Positions 63,691 to 64,000 of a DNA stretch of 64,000 bases are shown here, piece by piece. Position 1 is the first letter of the stretch; each line of letters opens with the position of its first letter. The notes beneath the pieces were generated by a model, which did no database searches, had not been told where the DNA came from, and worked only from the letters and a program-made list of their open reading frames with translations. Position numbers and translations under genes: made by a program. The DNA lies in assembly GCA_030704615.1 (NCBI GenBank), contig CM060732.1, forward strand, positions 33,232,001-33,296,000, written 5' to 3'. Source of the DNA: Takakia lepidozioides. Taxonomy: Eukaryota; Plantae; Bryophyta.

Positions 63691-64000
63691 GTTTACTTTG
63701 CCTACCGCTATCGTTGGACTGTCATCCATCTCTGTGCTCCCTTGTTGTGATGTTCCTCTTGTTGTGTCGCACAGACAGACTAGCATACTTGGTGTGGTTC
63801 TCGGTTTGCTGACGGTATCTGGGTGAGATTTGTTGGTGCGCCAAGGTTGATTGAGGCTTTTTGGTTAGTCTGTTGCCTTGCTCAGGGCCAGAAGAATCAG
63901 GATTTATATCAGAAAGACGAAAGAAAGTCTATCACAAGGGCAAAGAGCTTATCTGACTGAAGTATGATACAATCTTAGCAACAACAAGGAAAACCTTAGT

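Overview
Eukaryotic genomic DNA with spliceosomal introns, from a land plant and probably a non-seed lineage (inference). The left ~31 kb is a nest of transposons. A CACTA element (right end at 25211) has its TnpD transposase split by an 11,374-bp Mutator-like element (4658-16031) with a perfect 9-bp TSD (ACAGGGCAG) and imperfect TIRs in register. This MULE encodes a GCM-like/DDE/SWIM transposase on the - strand. Divergently on +, it carries a multi-exon cargo gene fusing a ParB/Srx-like domain (DGNHR) to a prokaryote-type beta-class N4-cytosine/N6-adenine DNA methyltransferase fold with non-canonical motifs. Two introns of that gene hold 11 copies of a 22-bp palindrome (TGAATGTCGTTGACGACATTCA). 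A second, diverged and internally inverted copy of the cargo gene lies at 1-2022. The CACTA also carries FCP1-type phosphatase and RING cargo. Next come a PPR-carrying Pack-CACTA inside a Copia remnant and a PHD-finger Gypsy remnant. The right half holds host genes (UGT80-related glycosyltransferase, a small Cys-rich protein, non-specific phospholipase C, RadA/Sms) interspersed with CRE-like and L1 non-LTR retrotransposon remnants. All domain calls come from reading motifs by eye; no database search was run.
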